64,000 nucleotides of DNA from Alphaproteobacteria bacterium (GCA_965261735.1 OZ253470.1:2752001-2816000), one strand, 5' to 3'; counted from the stretch's first letter, positions 34,035 through 44,649 are shown. A program made the numbers and translations. The notes: generated by a model not told the origin, from the letters alone.

Positions 34035-35008
34035 GCACCCTCGTCCAAGCCGGGCGGGCGTTGTTCCACGACGAGCACCCGCCGCTCGAAGACTTTCGCG
34101 CCGCCGTACTCGCCGGGTTGCGCCAGCCGCAAAAGAGCCTGCCGAGCAAGTTCTTCTACGACGCCCGCGGCTCGGCGTTGTTCGACGACATCACCACCCT
34201 CGACGAGTATTACCCGACTCGCACGGAGATCGCGCTGCTTCGCGACCACGCGGCCGACATGAAGGCGCTGACCGACCCGGGGTGCCAGCTCATCGAGTTC
34301 GGGAGCGCATCGAGCGCCAAGATCCGCATCCTGCTCAAGACCTTCTCCGATCTCGCCGCCTATGTGGCCATCGACATTTCGCGCGATCATCTGCTGCGCT
34401 CGGCCGACGCGTTGGCCGCGGATTTCCCGCACATCCAGGTGATGGCGGTGTGCGCCGACTACACCCGCCTCAGCGACCTGCCCGCGGCCGCCCGCGTTGC
34501 CGGGGCCGGTAGGATCGGGTTTTTCCCGGGCTCGAGCATCGGTAACTTCACGCCCGAGCAGGCTGTCGCGTTCCTCGCGCAAATAGCGGGCATGGTCGCC
34601 GGCGGGGCCCTCATCATCGGTGTCGATCTCAAGAAGGATGCGGCGACCCTCGACGCCGCCTACAACGATTCGCGGGGCGTCACCGCCGCCTTCAACCTGA
34701 ACGTGCTGGCCCGCATCAACCGTGAGCTCGGCGGCAACATCGACCTCGCCGGGTTCGCCCACAAGGCCTTCTACGCTGAGGCGCCAGGTCGGATCGAGAT
34801 GCACCTCGTCAGCCGGCGGCACCAGACGATCCATATTGCCGGGCAGGCGATCGACTTTGCCGAGGGCGAGTCCATCCACACCGAAAACTCATACAAGTAC
34901 GGCGCCGAGGAGTTCCGCGACATCGCCGTCAAGGCGGGCTTTACGCCGCGCCGGCTGTGGACGGACGCGCGCGACCTGTTCAGCATCCACTACCTCGAAG
35001 CCCGCTGA
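34031..35008 (+). CDS. egtD: L-histidine N-alpha-trimethyltransferase
   Basis: PSKFFYD, EYYPTRTE, FPGSSIGNF, AYND..GVTAAFNLN and IHTENSYKY motifs. GTG overlaps the egtB stop. Confidence 0.95.
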   Translation: MSTLVQAGRALFHDEHPPLEDFRAAVLAGLRQPQKSLPSKFFYDARGSALFDDITTLDEYYPTRTEIALLRDHAADMKALTDPGCQLIEFGSASSAKIRILLKTFSDLAAYVAIDISRDHLLRSADALAADFPHIQVMAVCADYTRLSDLPAAARVAGAGRIGFFPGSSIGNFTPEQAVAFLAQIAGMVAGGALIIGVDLKKDAATLDAAYNDSRGVTAAFNLNVLARINRELGGNIDLAGFAHKAFYAEAPGRIEMHLVSRRHQTIHIAGQAIDFAEGESIHTENSYKYGAEEFRDIAVKAGFTPRRLWTDARDLFSIHYLEAR

Positions 35009-35051
35009 TCCGGGCCAGCGGGACCGCGGACCCGCGCCCGAGGGCGTCGCC

Positions 35052-36446
35052 ATGAAGGTCACTCTGCTCGGTCACGCATCGGTGCTGGTGGAGATGGACG
35101 GGGCGACGTGCCTCATGGACCCGGTGTTCTTCGATCCCTTCGAAGAGGGCACCGTCGTGTCCTGCCCCAGGCGTACCGTCTACCCCGCGCGCCTACCGGC
35201 CATCGACACCCTGATCGTTTCGCACCGCCATCCCGATCATTTCGACATCGCCTCGCTGGCTCGCCTGCCGCGCGATTGCGACGCCATCTGCCCGGCCGAT
35301 CCACTGATCGTCTACGCCCTCGAGAGACTCGGCTTCAGCCGCATTCACCCGGTCCATCCCATGGCCGAGATTACCTCGGACCGGTTCGAGCTCTATCCCA
35401 CGCGCTCCGAGGTGCCCCGCGTACACGAGTTTGGCATGGTGTTTCGCGACGCCAGCGGCAGCTTCTGGAACCAAGTCGACACCTCGCTCTCGGATGAAAC
35501 CATCGCCCGCGTCGGCGAGCGCTTCGGGCGCGTCGATCTGCTGTTCGCCATGTACGCGAGCCAGAACTTCGAGTTCTTCGATAGCCACACCGCGCGCTTT
35601 CCGGCCTCGACCCACCGGCGCAACATGGAGACCGCGCTCGCGATCGCGCCGCGCATGCTGGCGCCGGGCTCGGCCGGATTCAGCTTTTGTGGCGAGCGCG
35701 CCTGGCTCAATGCCTTTCTCTTTCCGATCTCGCGCCAGCGCTTCATCACCGATCTTGCGGCGCTCGATCCCACCCTGGATGCGCGGGTCATGAACCCGGG
35801 CGATGTGTTCGAGATCGACGGCGGCTCGGTGGCCCACCAAGCGGGCGCCTCCGACATCGTTGTGATGGAGCGCGATGATACGGACGCGCTCCAGTTCGAC
35901 CCGACCGCGCCCATTCCCGACCTCGCCGATCCCAACCCGGAGGGGCACGCGCCTGCGCGCCTCGCCGCCGCGTGCGAGGGCTTCATCGGTGGTGCGATGG
36001 CGGACTTTGTCGCGACCGCGTATCGAGACGGAGATGCGGTGGTCGACCTTTATCGGCGCCATCAGGCGTGCTACGCCGTCGGCATCGTCCTTCCCGATGC
36101 ACAGACGCGTTGGCACAGCTTCGCCTTCGATGAGCAGGGCGCGTCCCACGCGAGCGGTAGCACGGTGCCCCGGGCCGACGTCACCCATCGCATCGCCGCC
36201 TCGGCTCTCCTCGGCTGGACCGAGCACCGCAAGAGCTTCTTCTACGTACGCGCCCTGTCGCGGCGCCACGGCGCCCTTCACCACCTCGAGTGGCACGGCG
36301 AGGCCGTGGCGCTGACGCCCGTGAACCTGCCGGATCTCCTGACGTACTACGTGCTCAACAAATCGGCGGGAGCCGATCAGGCGGCCAAGCGCCACATCGA
36401 CCTTCAGATCGCCGCCGCGCAGGGCGACGCGGCGCCGCCGGACTAG
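35052..36446 (+). CDS. Metallo-beta-lactamase fold protein (UlaG/CMAH-like) with C-terminal extension
   Basis: MKVTLLGHASVLVE...MDP start and SHRHPDH metal-binding motif; 464 aa. Confidence 0.82.
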   Translation: MKVTLLGHASVLVEMDGATCLMDPVFFDPFEEGTVVSCPRRTVYPARLPAIDTLIVSHRHPDHFDIASLARLPRDCDAICPADPLIVYALERLGFSRIHPVHPMAEITSDRFELYPTRSEVPRVHEFGMVFRDASGSFWNQVDTSLSDETIARVGERFGRVDLLFAMYASQNFEFFDSHTARFPASTHRRNMETALAIAPRMLAPGSAGFSFCGERAWLNAFLFPISRQRFITDLAALDPTLDARVMNPGDVFEIDGGSVAHQAGASDIVVMERDDTDALQFDPTAPIPDLADPNPEGHAPARLAAACEGFIGGAMADFVATAYRDGDAVVDLYRRHQACYAVGIVLPDAQTRWHSFAFDEQGASHASGSTVPRADVTHRIAASALLGWTEHRKSFFYVRALSRRHGALHHLEWHGEAVALTPVNLPDLLTYYVLNKSAGADQAAKRHIDLQIAAAQGDAAPPD

Positions 36447-36880
36447 GGTTTCAGCGGGGCGACGGCGAAGTTGACGCCGAACTGCCGGCACCAGATGACG
36501 ACGGACCGGTACTCCTCGAGGTTGACGCCGCTCGGCAATTCGTAAGCCTGATCGCCGGCGGCGGCCGTCAGAGCGCCGAGATTCTGGGTGTCGGCGTTCT
36601 TGACCGACTTGCTGTCGTTGGCGTTCTCGTGGGCCACCAAGTAGACGTAAAGATCGGGACCACGGGTGACGCTGAAGTCGGCGAAGTTCAGCCTGCGCTT
36701 GCCGTCATCGCCTACCGTAACGGTCGCGGTCCCGGCTCCGGCGTGGCTGCCGACGCCGGTGAATTGGCCGGACGCGACCGACTTCTCGCCCGCTTGGGAC
36801 GGCGCCACGAAGCCGGCGCCGAGGAAGAACGCCGAGATGAGGACTGGGGCGGCAAGCCGCCGCAGGATTCGCTTTGTCAT
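36443..36880 (-). CDS. Exported DM13 domain protein
   Basis: Signal peptide; SGQF...H...GT, GPDLYVYL, LGAL....GDQAY and SVVIWCRQFGVNF motifs. Confidence 0.88.
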   Translation of the reverse strand: MTKRILRRLAAPVLISAFFLGAGFVAPSQAGEKSVASGQFTGVGSHAGAGTATVTVGDDGKRRLNFADFSVTRGPDLYVYLVAHENANDSKSVKNADTQNLGALTAAAGDQAYELPSGVNLEEYRSVVIWCRQFGVNFAVAPLKP

Positions 36881-36920
36881 GGTCGTCACCCCGTAAGGCG
36901 AGGCCCGAAAGCCGACCGCG

Positions 36921-37946
36921 TCAGGTGCCGGGCAACCCGAAGGTCGCCACGAACGGCGCGTGAAACGCGGCGGCGCTGACGCGGTTTTTGCGGTAGGCCT
37001 CCATTTCGTCATCGAGGCCCTCATTATACGCGGTCGCGCCCTGGCACAGGATACGCGGTCGTGCCCTGGCACAGGCGATCGAGCGCCGGCGACACGAGAA
37101 TGTGATCGAGCATGAGCGGCCTACCGCTGTGGCGCACGGTATAGCGCGCCGACGCCGGCACGCGCTCCTCGACGGCCACCATGACCCGCTTTGCCAACGC
37201 CGCGTTGCCGGTGTCGTCGACGTCGGCGCGCACGATGGCCACCGGCACCTCGTGGTTGCCCGAGTTGAAGTCACCGCATAGGGCGATCAGCGCGTCTCCA
37301 TCGGCGTCGAACATCCGGTCGACGAGGAGGCGCGCCTCCAGCGCCTGGCCGTTGCGCTTGAGCGCCGACAGGAAGAATCCCTCGGCCCAGGCCGCCGCCC
37401 TATTCCACACGAATGCGCTCGCCTTACCGCCCTCGACGTAGGCCGCGAGCGGCGCCCTCAGGTGCAGTTGACGACCTCGAGCTGGCGGCAGCCGGGCAGC
37501 GCGAGACTGACGTGCAGCAGTGGGCGCTCCCAGGTCACGGCCTCGGTCGCCGCCGCCGTGGGCACGGCGGTAAGGCTGCGCCATGCCGGCGCCGGCACGT
37601 GGGTGTGGCATATCTGGGAACTGGCCACTACGGGAAATCGGCTGAGCGTCACCAAGTTTTGCACGTCGCGCAGGTGGGCGCCCGTGGCCGTGGTGGTCGC
37701 GGTCCGCTCGAAGCTCGCATAGCTGGTTCCCTCCAGGAGCGCGTCCAGGGCCGCGAGGGAGCGCACGCGCGGGGCCGTCGTCTGGCTGTTGATCTCCTGT
37801 AGGCACAGGACGTCGGCGTCGAGCCGGTCGAGCTGTGGCCGCAGCGCGGCGATTCGCTCATGGAGTTCGGGGGCGCGGCCCGGCAGGTCATCGAAGTTTT
37901 CGAGGTTGAACGTGGCGATCCTGAGGGCTTCGCGCATCGCGACCAT
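36921..37946 (-). pseudogene. Endonuclease/exonuclease/phosphatase family gene with two frameshifts
   Basis: RIATFNLEN and LCLQEI in one frame; HLR, CGDFN and LDHIL in a second frame (1-bp loss near 37467); C-terminus YNEGL...FHAPFVATF back in the first frame after a 25-bp duplication. Confidence 0.85.
37026..37075. repeat. 25-bp tandem duplication (1 mismatch)
   Basis: ATACGCGGTCG(C/T)GCCCTGGCACAGG at 37026-37050 and 37051-37075. Confidence 0.95.
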
Positions 37947-37955
37947 GGCCCCTCG

Positions 37956-38861
37956 TCAACCGTAGCGAGGTTTGCCGCTCGGCGGCGGCAATGACCGCGC
38001 ATAGGTCTCGATCGCCTGTTCGGGTGTACGGCTCCGGTCGTAATCCTCGGGGGTTTCGCTCCCGAGTGGGGTGCCGGCGATGAGCGCGAACATGTCGTGC
38101 GCACCCTGGTGGAAGTGGGGCGTGACGCCGGTCGCCGACAAGGTCGCCGCGATCTCCTCCATCTCCTCGGCCCAGCGCGCCGCGCGAGCCGGCAGGCGCG
38201 GCATCTTGGGTTGCATCCGGGCCCACGCCTCAGCTTCGCTGTCGCGCATCTGGGCGGCCAGCGGCTCACTTAGGCCGAGCGCCTCGGCGGCCACGAGGAC
38301 CGCGGCATACAGTCCTTGCGCGCCCTTGGTCAGGCCGGCGTAGCACATCTTGAGGGCCGATGCCTGGCCGACCTCCTCGCCCAGGATACGAACCTCGAGG
38401 CCGCCGCCTTCGAGCACCTCGAGGAGGCCGGCTTGTGCACCGCTGGCGTAGAAGCGCGTCACTCTGCCCCCTTCCGGGGGCGGCCCGATGATACCGGCGT
38501 CGATGAAGGCGGCACCGGTGGGGGCGAGTGCGGCGGCGATCTGGCGTACGTGCTCCGGCGCGATGGCGTTGCATTCGGCGAATGCGGGCGCTTTGTCGGT
38601 GGCGAGCATGGCGTCCGCAATGCGGCGCGCCACGAGGGCAGCGGCCCGCGACGGCATGATCGAGAGCACGAGATCCGCTGCTGCCACCATCGCTTCGAGG
38701 CTCGGCATGTCCTGGATGCCGGCCGCCCCGGCGAGGCCGCGCGTGCGCGCGCTCCGCCCTTCAAGGCACGTGACAACGTCCAATCCGCGCTCGCGCAAGA
38801 TGCGGCCGACGGCGTGACCCATCGCTCCCGGGCTGACGATAGCGATGGTCCGAATCGACAT
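37956..38861 (-). CDS. NAD(P)-dependent oxidoreductase, 6PGD/3-hydroxyisobutyrate dehydrogenase-like with DUF1932
   Basis: SPGAMG Rossmann motif; CNAIAP, DAGIIGPPP, ASALKMCYAGLTKG and RWAEEMEEIA. Confidence 0.88.
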   Translation of the reverse strand: MSIRTIAIVSPGAMGHAVGRILRERGLDVVTCLEGRSARTRGLAGAAGIQDMPSLEAMVAAADLVLSIMPSRAAALVARRIADAMLATDKAPAFAECNAIAPEHVRQIAAALAPTGAAFIDAGIIGPPPEGGRVTRFYASGAQAGLLEVLEGGGLEVRILGEEVGQASALKMCYAGLTKGAQGLYAAVLVAAEALGLSEPLAAQMRDSEAEAWARMQPKMPRLPARAARWAEEMEEIAATLSATGVTPHFHQGAHDMFALIAGTPLGSETPEDYDRSRTPEQAIETYARSLPPPSGKPRYG

Positions 38862-38965
38862 GCGAGGATTCCTCTAGGCCTGGAGAGAGCGAATTCAAGG
38901 CCGCCGGGTCGTGCGATGCGCGTTACAATGACGGACACTCGCACATCGAATTGGAGCCGCCCGAC

Positions 38966-39364
38966 ATGACCGGCAAATCCGCCAAGCCCGACGCCGAGTG
39001 GCGCGAACAGCTCACGGCTGAACAATACTACGTGTGCCGGCAAAAAGGTACGGAGCCACCGTTCTCGGGCGAGTACAACGACTGCAAGGACAGCGGCGTC
39101 TACCGCTGCGTCTGCTGCGGCGAGGCTTTATTTCATTCACGGGCCAAGTTCGATTCCGGGACCGGTTGGCCGAGCTTCACCGAGCCGGTCAGCGAGGAGG
39201 CAACGCGCGCGGAGGCGGACGAGAGCTTGGCGATGCGGCGCAGCGAAGTGCTGTGCGCCCATTGTGAGGCGCACCTCGGCCACGTGTTCGACGACGGACC
39301 CGAGCCAACCGGCATGCGCTACTGCATGAACTCGGTCGCCCTCAAATTGGAGCGCGACGCCTGA
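38966..39364 (+). CDS. msrB: Peptide methionine (R)-sulfoxide reductase
   Basis: GTEPPF, KFDSGTGWPSF, HLGHVFDDGP and RYCMNS motifs, two CxxC. Confidence 0.97.
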   Translation: MTGKSAKPDAEWREQLTAEQYYVCRQKGTEPPFSGEYNDCKDSGVYRCVCCGEALFHSRAKFDSGTGWPSFTEPVSEEATRAEADESLAMRRSEVLCAHCEAHLGHVFDDGPEPTGMRYCMNSVALKLERDA

Positions 39365-39444
39365 AGCTCGACGGCAGGGCAGTCGCCGCCAGCTCAAATT
39401 GGACCGCGACGCCTGAAGCTCGACGGCAGGGCAGTCGCCGCCAG
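39341..39444. repeat. 52-bp tandem duplication spanning the msrB stop codon
   Basis: CTCAAATTGGA(G/C)CGCGACGCCTGAAGCTCGACGGCAGGGCAGTCGCCGCCAG at 39341-39392 and 39393-39444. Confidence 0.95.
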
Positions 39445-39471
39445 AACGCCCGCGCCAGCGCCGGCTACAGG

Positions 39472-40098
39472 TCAGATGACGCGCTTGGCCATGGCCTCGC
39501 GCCACTTGCCCTCGACATCGTCGCCGAAAACGATTTCGTCATCGGCCGGCACCGATATCCACGCATCTGCGGCGATTTCCGACTCGAGCTGGCCCGGCCC
39601 CCAGCCGGCATAGCCGAACGCAAACAGGGTGCGCCTCGGCCCCTTGCCCTTGGCGATGGCACGCACGATACCGACGTGCGCGGTCATGGATACGTCCTTG
39701 TTGACCCCGACGGTTCCGTTGCCGAGATAGTCGGCCGAGTGCAGCACGAAAGCGCGACCGAACTCCACCGGACCGCCGTAGTGCACCTTGATGTCGCCGG
39801 CGCCGACGATCGTGTCCGAGCCCATCAACTCGAGCAGGGAGGCGATCGGGCGGGTGCCGATCAGACGGTTCACCACCAAGCCCATAGCGCCTCGAGAGTC
39901 GTGGTTGATCATGAAGATGACGGTGCGCCGGAATCGCGGGTCGCCGATGTTGTCGGTGGCGACCAGCAGCCGGCCGACCAGGGTGTGGGCTTGCGCGTCC
40001 TCGCCTCGACTGGGCGCGGCGGTTCCGCGCTCGACCACTAGGGCGACAACGAGCGCGGCCGCTACGGCGGAAACCAGAAATCGAGCCTTACCCGGCAT
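39472..40098 (-). CDS. YqgE/AlgH family protein with signal-peptide-like N-terminus
   Basis: GRLLVA...DPRFRRTVI, GAMGLVVN, YGGPV and GYAGWGPGQLESEI motifs. Confidence 0.9.
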   Translation of the reverse strand: MPGKARFLVSAVAAALVVALVVERGTAAPSRGEDAQAHTLVGRLLVATDNIGDPRFRRTVIFMINHDSRGAMGLVVNRLIGTRPIASLLELMGSDTIVGAGDIKVHYGGPVEFGRAFVLHSADYLGNGTVGVNKDVSMTAHVGIVRAIAKGKGPRRTLFAFGYAGWGPGQLESEIAADAWISVPADDEIVFGDDVEGKWREAMAKRVI

Positions 40099-40257
40099 GG
40101 CGCACCCACTCCCGATCCTGGCTGACATCGTAGGGGAAGCCTCGGGCGCTGCAAAGCGGCGGCGACGCGCCTGGGACACACCTCGGAAAGATTAGCGCCC
40201 GCCCGCGCCGCCGCCGTCTATGATCGCCCCGGTTTTTGGCGCGGCGCACGACACTGG

Positions 40258-41487
40258 ATGCGCGACATGAGTGATGGGGGGCGAGTGGCCGCGGCGGGCC
40301 CGGTGCCGTGGATCGTGCCGGCGTTGCTCATCATGGCGAGCGCGGTCGGCGTGCTCGCGACCGACATCTATTCGCCGAGCCTGCCGCACCTGCCCGCCTA
40401 TTTCTCGACCGATGCCGCGAGCGTGCAGCTCACCATGAGCCTGCATATCCTTGCCTACGCACTCGCGCAGCTCGGCCACGGTCCTTTGTCGGACCGCTTC
40501 GGCCGACGCCCGGTGTTGCTCGCCGGGGTCGCCGCGTTCGTCGTCTTCAGCCTGGCCGCCGCTGGCGCCGGATCGATCGAAACCCTGATCGCCGCCCGCA
40601 TTCTGCAGGGGATAGCGGCGAGCGCCGAGGCGGTCGTCGTACTCGCCGTGATCCGCGACCTCTACGACCAGGCCGGCGCGGTCCGCATCCTCGGCATATA
40701 CGGGATGACGCTGGCGATGGCACCTGCGGCCGGGCCGGTGATCGGCGGCTACGTGCATGTAGCACTAGGGTGGCGCGCCAACTTCCTGATTCTCGCTGGA
40801 CTCGCGGCCGCGGTCACGGTGCTGGTGTGGCGCTACCTGCCGGAGACCACGGCGCCCGATCGCGGCGCCCTGCGCCTGCGCCCGTTGGGCAGGCAGTATC
40901 TCGGGTTGCTGCTCAACCGCCGGTATATCGCCTACGTCGCGGTGATGAGCGCCAGCGTCTCCGGCATCTTCGCCTTCGTGACCGCGGGCCCGTTTATCCT
41001 GATCGACCGGCTCGGCGTCAGGACCGAGCACTTCGGCTTCTACCAGGCGGTCATCGTGCTCACCTTTTTCATCGGCAGCCTCGTCGCCAACCGCGGCGTC
41101 GGCCGCATCGGCATCGAAGCCCTTCTGCGCACGGGCTTGGCCGTGGCGGCGGCGGGCGCACTCTCGCTCCCGGCGCTACTCGCCGCCGGGCTCGAGTCGG
41201 CCGCGGGCGTGACCGCCGCCATGGCGCTCTACGCGCTCGGCCTCGGGCTCGTGTTCGCGACCGGCCCCGTGCGCGTGCTCGACATGGCGACGGGTGGACG
41301 GGGCGTTGCCGCGGCGCTGCTCGGCACGGTGCAAATGCTGGGCGGCGCCTTCGGCGCCCTGGCCGTCGGTTTCTTCCACGACGGCAGTGCCTGGCCGCTC
41401 GCGGTCACGGTCAGCGTCGTGACGACGCTAGCGGCGTGCGTCTACACCGCCGCCGCGCCATGGCGGAAAGCGGGCGTGTCTCGCTAG
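40258..41487 (+). CDS. Bcr/CflA family MFS efflux transporter
   Basis: TDIYSPSLP, GPLSDRFGRRPV, ARILQG and LPET motifs; about 12 TM. Confidence 0.92.
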   Translation: MRDMSDGGRVAAAGPVPWIVPALLIMASAVGVLATDIYSPSLPHLPAYFSTDAASVQLTMSLHILAYALAQLGHGPLSDRFGRRPVLLAGVAAFVVFSLAAAGAGSIETLIAARILQGIAASAEAVVVLAVIRDLYDQAGAVRILGIYGMTLAMAPAAGPVIGGYVHVALGWRANFLILAGLAAAVTVLVWRYLPETTAPDRGALRLRPLGRQYLGLLLNRRYIAYVAVMSASVSGIFAFVTAGPFILIDRLGVRTEHFGFYQAVIVLTFFIGSLVANRGVGRIGIEALLRTGLAVAAAGALSLPALLAAGLESAAGVTAAMALYALGLGLVFATGPVRVLDMATGGRGVAAALLGTVQMLGGAFGALAVGFFHDGSAWPLAVTVSVVTTLAACVYTAAAPWRKAGVSR

Positions 41488-42077
41488 CTGGCGGCCAAAC
41501 CAGCTGTGCTCGGGTTTTCGTGCTCCAGGCGTGCCGGTTATCCTTTGGTGCGCCCGAAAGGCTCGACTAAGTCCTCCATTTCATCAAAGAAGGCGATTGC
41601 TCGGTCGTGGTTCTTGGCAGGGTCGTCCTCAGTCAGCCGCATCAGGCCATACGTGTTGTGAAAGTAGTCTCCTGATCTAAGGCTGTGCTGAGTGGCCGCG
41701 ATGAGTGAGGCCTGCGCACCCGTTTCGGTGCTCAGGGAGAGGGCTCCTGCGATCGAGCCCCTGATGCCATTCGTTGCGGCCGCCAAACCTGACGCTACGA
41801 CGCCCGGATGGATCGCAATGGTCACGAGGTCGCCATATCGCCTGGCCATCTCACTGTATTGCCACATATTGCTGAGCTTTGAGCGGGCGTAGGCGATCAT
41901 GCTCCGTCCCTCGTACCGATGCACCGGCCAACACATAGAGGTCAGCCGCCGCGTAAACGACACGACAGCTATCTGCTAGCAAACCGCCGCGCCTCAATTC
42001 TTGAAGCATGAGGTGATGCCCGAGGCAGTTGACCGCGAATGTTCTCTCGTAACCTTGAGCGGATTGCTCGTAGCGAT

Positions 42078-43511
42078 GGTCGTGTCCCAGGACGTGGTGT
42101 AGGAGTTGTTGGAGCCTCTGGTAGCTGTGGGTAGGCGGCTTGCCGTAGCGACCGCCGAGAGTCTGGCGTAGGCAAGCCGGCTATCCACAGCGGAGGCCAT
42201 CGCGGTTCCGGTTTAGGGTTGGGCTAGTGCAAACCAACCTGACCCGAAGGAGAACCACGATGACCCAGGACATGATGACCCTGCGCGCGCTTTTGGAGAA
42301 GAGCTCCGATGCCGATCTGCTTTGCGAGATGATCGGCTTCACGGCCGAGCGGCTGATGGCACTGGAGGTTGAGGGCCTGACCGGCGCCGGGCACGGCGAG
42401 CGCTCGGCGGATCGTATCACCCATCGCAACGGCTACCGCGACCGGTCCTGGGAGACGCGGGCCGGCACGGTCGAGCTGAAGATCCCGAAGCTGAGGAAGG
42501 GAAGCTACTTCCCGGGCTTCCTGGAGCCGCGGCGGATGGCCGAGAAGGCGCTGGCTGCGGTGATCCAGGAGGCCTACATCCAGGGGGTGTCGACCCGCTC
42601 GGTCGACGATCTGGTTCAGGCGATGGGGATGTCGGGCGCCTCCAAGAGCCAGGTCTCCAGGCTGTGCGGCGAGATCGACGATAAGGTCACCGGCTTCCTC
42701 GATCGACCGCTGGAGGGCGACTGGCCCTATCTGTGGCTCGACGCCACCTACGTGAAGATGCGCCAGACCGGACGCATCGTCTCGGTCGCGGTGACCGTGG
42801 CTGTGGCCGTCAACGACCAAGGCCGCCGCGAGGTCCTGGGCGTGGCGATCGGCGCGTCGGAGGCCGAGACCTTCTGGACCGAGTTCCTGCGCTCGCTGGC
42901 CCGGCGCGGGCTGCGCGGCGTGAAGCTGGTGATCTCCGACGACCACAAGGGCCTGAAGGCCGCCGCGACCCGGATCCTCGGCGCCACATGGCAGCGCTGC
43001 CGCGTGCACTTCGCCCGCAACCTGCTGGCCCATGCCGGCCGCCAGGGCCGGCGCGTCGTCTCCGCCTTCGCCCAGGAGGACGCCGACAGCGCGAAGGTCC
43101 AGTGGCGCCAGGTCGCCGACCAGCTCAGGCCCAAGGTGCCCAAGCTGGCAGTTCTCATGGACGAAGCCGAGCACGACGTCCTCGCCTACATGAGCTTCCC
43201 CAGGGAGCACCGCCAGAAATTGCACTCCACAAACCCGATCGAACGGCTCCATGCCGAGGTCAAGCGTCGCACCAACGTCGTCGGTATCTTTCCCAACGAA
43301 GCCGCCATCACACGGCTCGTCGGCGCCATCCTTCTCGAGCAGAACGACGAGTGGGCCGTCTCAAGGAGATACATGACGCTGGAATCCATCGCTCCGCTGA
43401 GCGATGGTGTCCCCATCACGCTGCCCACCGTGGCAGCCTGAACGTCCCGGCCCTACCCGCCGGGAGCCGCGTAGAGCGCAACGCTCTTACACCACTCCGC
43501 GGGACACGATC
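42078..43511 (+). mobile_element. IS256-family insertion sequence
   Basis: Imperfect IRs GGTCGTGTCCC..GTGGTGTA and TTACACCAC..GGGACACGATC. 8-bp target duplication GTAGCGAT at 42070-42077 and 43512-43519. Confidence 0.93.
42260..43441 (+). CDS. IS256-family transposase
   Basis: RNGYR, IPKLR, GVSTR, LWLDATY, ISDDH, QRCRVH and STNPIER motifs. Confidence 0.93.
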   Translation: MTQDMMTLRALLEKSSDADLLCEMIGFTAERLMALEVEGLTGAGHGERSADRITHRNGYRDRSWETRAGTVELKIPKLRKGSYFPGFLEPRRMAEKALAAVIQEAYIQGVSTRSVDDLVQAMGMSGASKSQVSRLCGEIDDKVTGFLDRPLEGDWPYLWLDATYVKMRQTGRIVSVAVTVAVAVNDQGRREVLGVAIGASEAETFWTEFLRSLARRGLRGVKLVISDDHKGLKAAATRILGATWQRCRVHFARNLLAHAGRQGRRVVSAFAQEDADSAKVQWRQVADQLRPKVPKLAVLMDEAEHDVLAYMSFPREHRQKLHSTNPIERLHAEVKRRTNVVGIFPNEAAITRLVGAILLEQNDEWAVSRRYMTLESIAPLSDGVPITLPTVAA

Positions 43512-43912
43512 GTAGCGATGGGCGAAAATACCGGCATCCGCGAAGACTAGGTCGAGTCGTTGCCCATCCAATTCGGCGGCGAGTTCATCGACGAACATCG
43601 CCACTGTACCTAAGTCTGACAGGTCAAGCCGCATCTGCATGATGATGCTATGGGGACGGTCGCCCTCGTCTGGCATCTGGCTAACGCCGCGCGACGCTGA
43701 AATCACCATCGCGCCCCGTTCGATGAGCCCCTTGGAAATGCCGTATCCAATGCCACTATCACCGCCGGTGACCAGAGCACGTTTTCCGCTCAATGTTGGG
43801 GTAGTTGGACAGACGTAGGCGCGGGCATTCTGTCTCCAGATCGCCCCCATGATCCTCAGGTACTTATTTGGCGGCGGCCGATGGGACTGCCCTGCTTCAA
43901 AGGTCCGAGGCA

Positions 43913-44602
43913 TCAACGGCCTTCAAGAGGTCTGCCTAGGCAGGCCACCTCAACCGGTAAGCCGGCAGCCTTCCATTCGGGATAACCCTCCTCAAATCGG
44001 CGGACGCTGAAGCCGCGCTCTCTAAGTGCAGAAACCGCCTCGAAAGACAACACGCAGTAAGGGCCTCGGCAGTAGGCGATGATTTCCTGGTCGCGTGGCA
44101 AATCGGCCAAATGCTCCTCGAGCTCGCGCAAGGGGATGTTGATCGCGCCAGGCAAATGCCCGGCCTCGAACTCATCTCCGGGACGGACATCGAGCAGGGT
44201 GACAAGGCCATCCTGCACGCGGTCGATGAGCTCCTCTCGCAACACGGGCTCGAGGGCATCACGCTCGTGGAAATAGCCGTCCAGCACGCGCTGCACCTCG
44301 GCGACGTTCCGTTCGGCAACATGGCGCAGCGCGGCCAGGAGGCTCACGACCGACTCGTCTGAAAGCCGGTAGAGCACCCTCTTTCCTTGACGCCGCGACG
44401 TTACCAGCCCTGCCCGTTGCAAGCGCTGAAGGTGTTGGGACGCGTTGCCCACGGACAAGCCGGCTCGTTCCGCGAGCGAGTCGACGCTGCGCTCCCCCTG
44501 AGCCACAAACTCCAGAAGCTCCAATCGGTGTGCGTGCGCGAGGGCCTTGGCGACCGCCGCGAACTGCGACAAAAGCGCCTGTTTAGGGCTTTCACTTGAC
44601 AC
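43913..44602 (-). CDS. ArsR/SmtB transcriptional regulator fused to a rhodanese domain
   Basis: KALAHAHRLELL...SQHL HTH; LDVRP..EF..GHLPGA and YCRGPYC rhodanese motifs. GTG start inferred. Confidence 0.92.
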   Translation of the reverse strand: MSSESPKQALLSQFAAVAKALAHAHRLELLEFVAQGERSVDSLAERAGLSVGNASQHLQRLQRAGLVTSRRQGKRVLYRLSDESVVSLLAALRHVAERNVAEVQRVLDGYFHERDALEPVLREELIDRVQDGLVTLLDVRPGDEFEAGHLPGAINIPLRELEEHLADLPRDQEIIAYCRGPYCVLSFEAVSALRERGFSVRRFEEGYPEWKAAGLPVEVACLGRPLEGR

Positions 44603-44623
44603 AGTTCTCGAAACATTCCATGT

Positions 44624-44649
44624 TTCTATTAATCTATGGTTTGATAGAA
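44624..44649. promoter_or_regulatory. Candidate ArsR operator between divergent genes
   Basis: AT-rich imperfect inverted repeat TTCTATTAA-N8-TTGATAGAA upstream of the ArsR-rhodanese gene. Confidence 0.45.

Larger units (their letters stand above)
41538..43916 (-). pseudogene. Short-chain dehydrogenase (retinol-DH/WWOX-like) split by IS256 and additionally frameshifted
   Basis: N-half has VTGGDSGIG...LDLSDL...AGI. Removing the IS and one target copy gives AHRY-EQSAQGYERTFAVNCLGH. YARSK and HPGVV lie in another frame. Confidence 0.87.

Noticed and set aside
36921-37946. Compensating frameshifts (-1 and +25) or programmed frameshift keeping the EEP gene functional
   Set aside because: A TGA follows two codons after the first lesion, no slippery sequence is evident, and the catalytic GDFN/DH motifs are out of frame.
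39341-39444. CRISPR array or REP element
   Set aside because: Only two adjacent copies with no spacer, and no cas genes. No CRISPR array was seen anywhere in the window.
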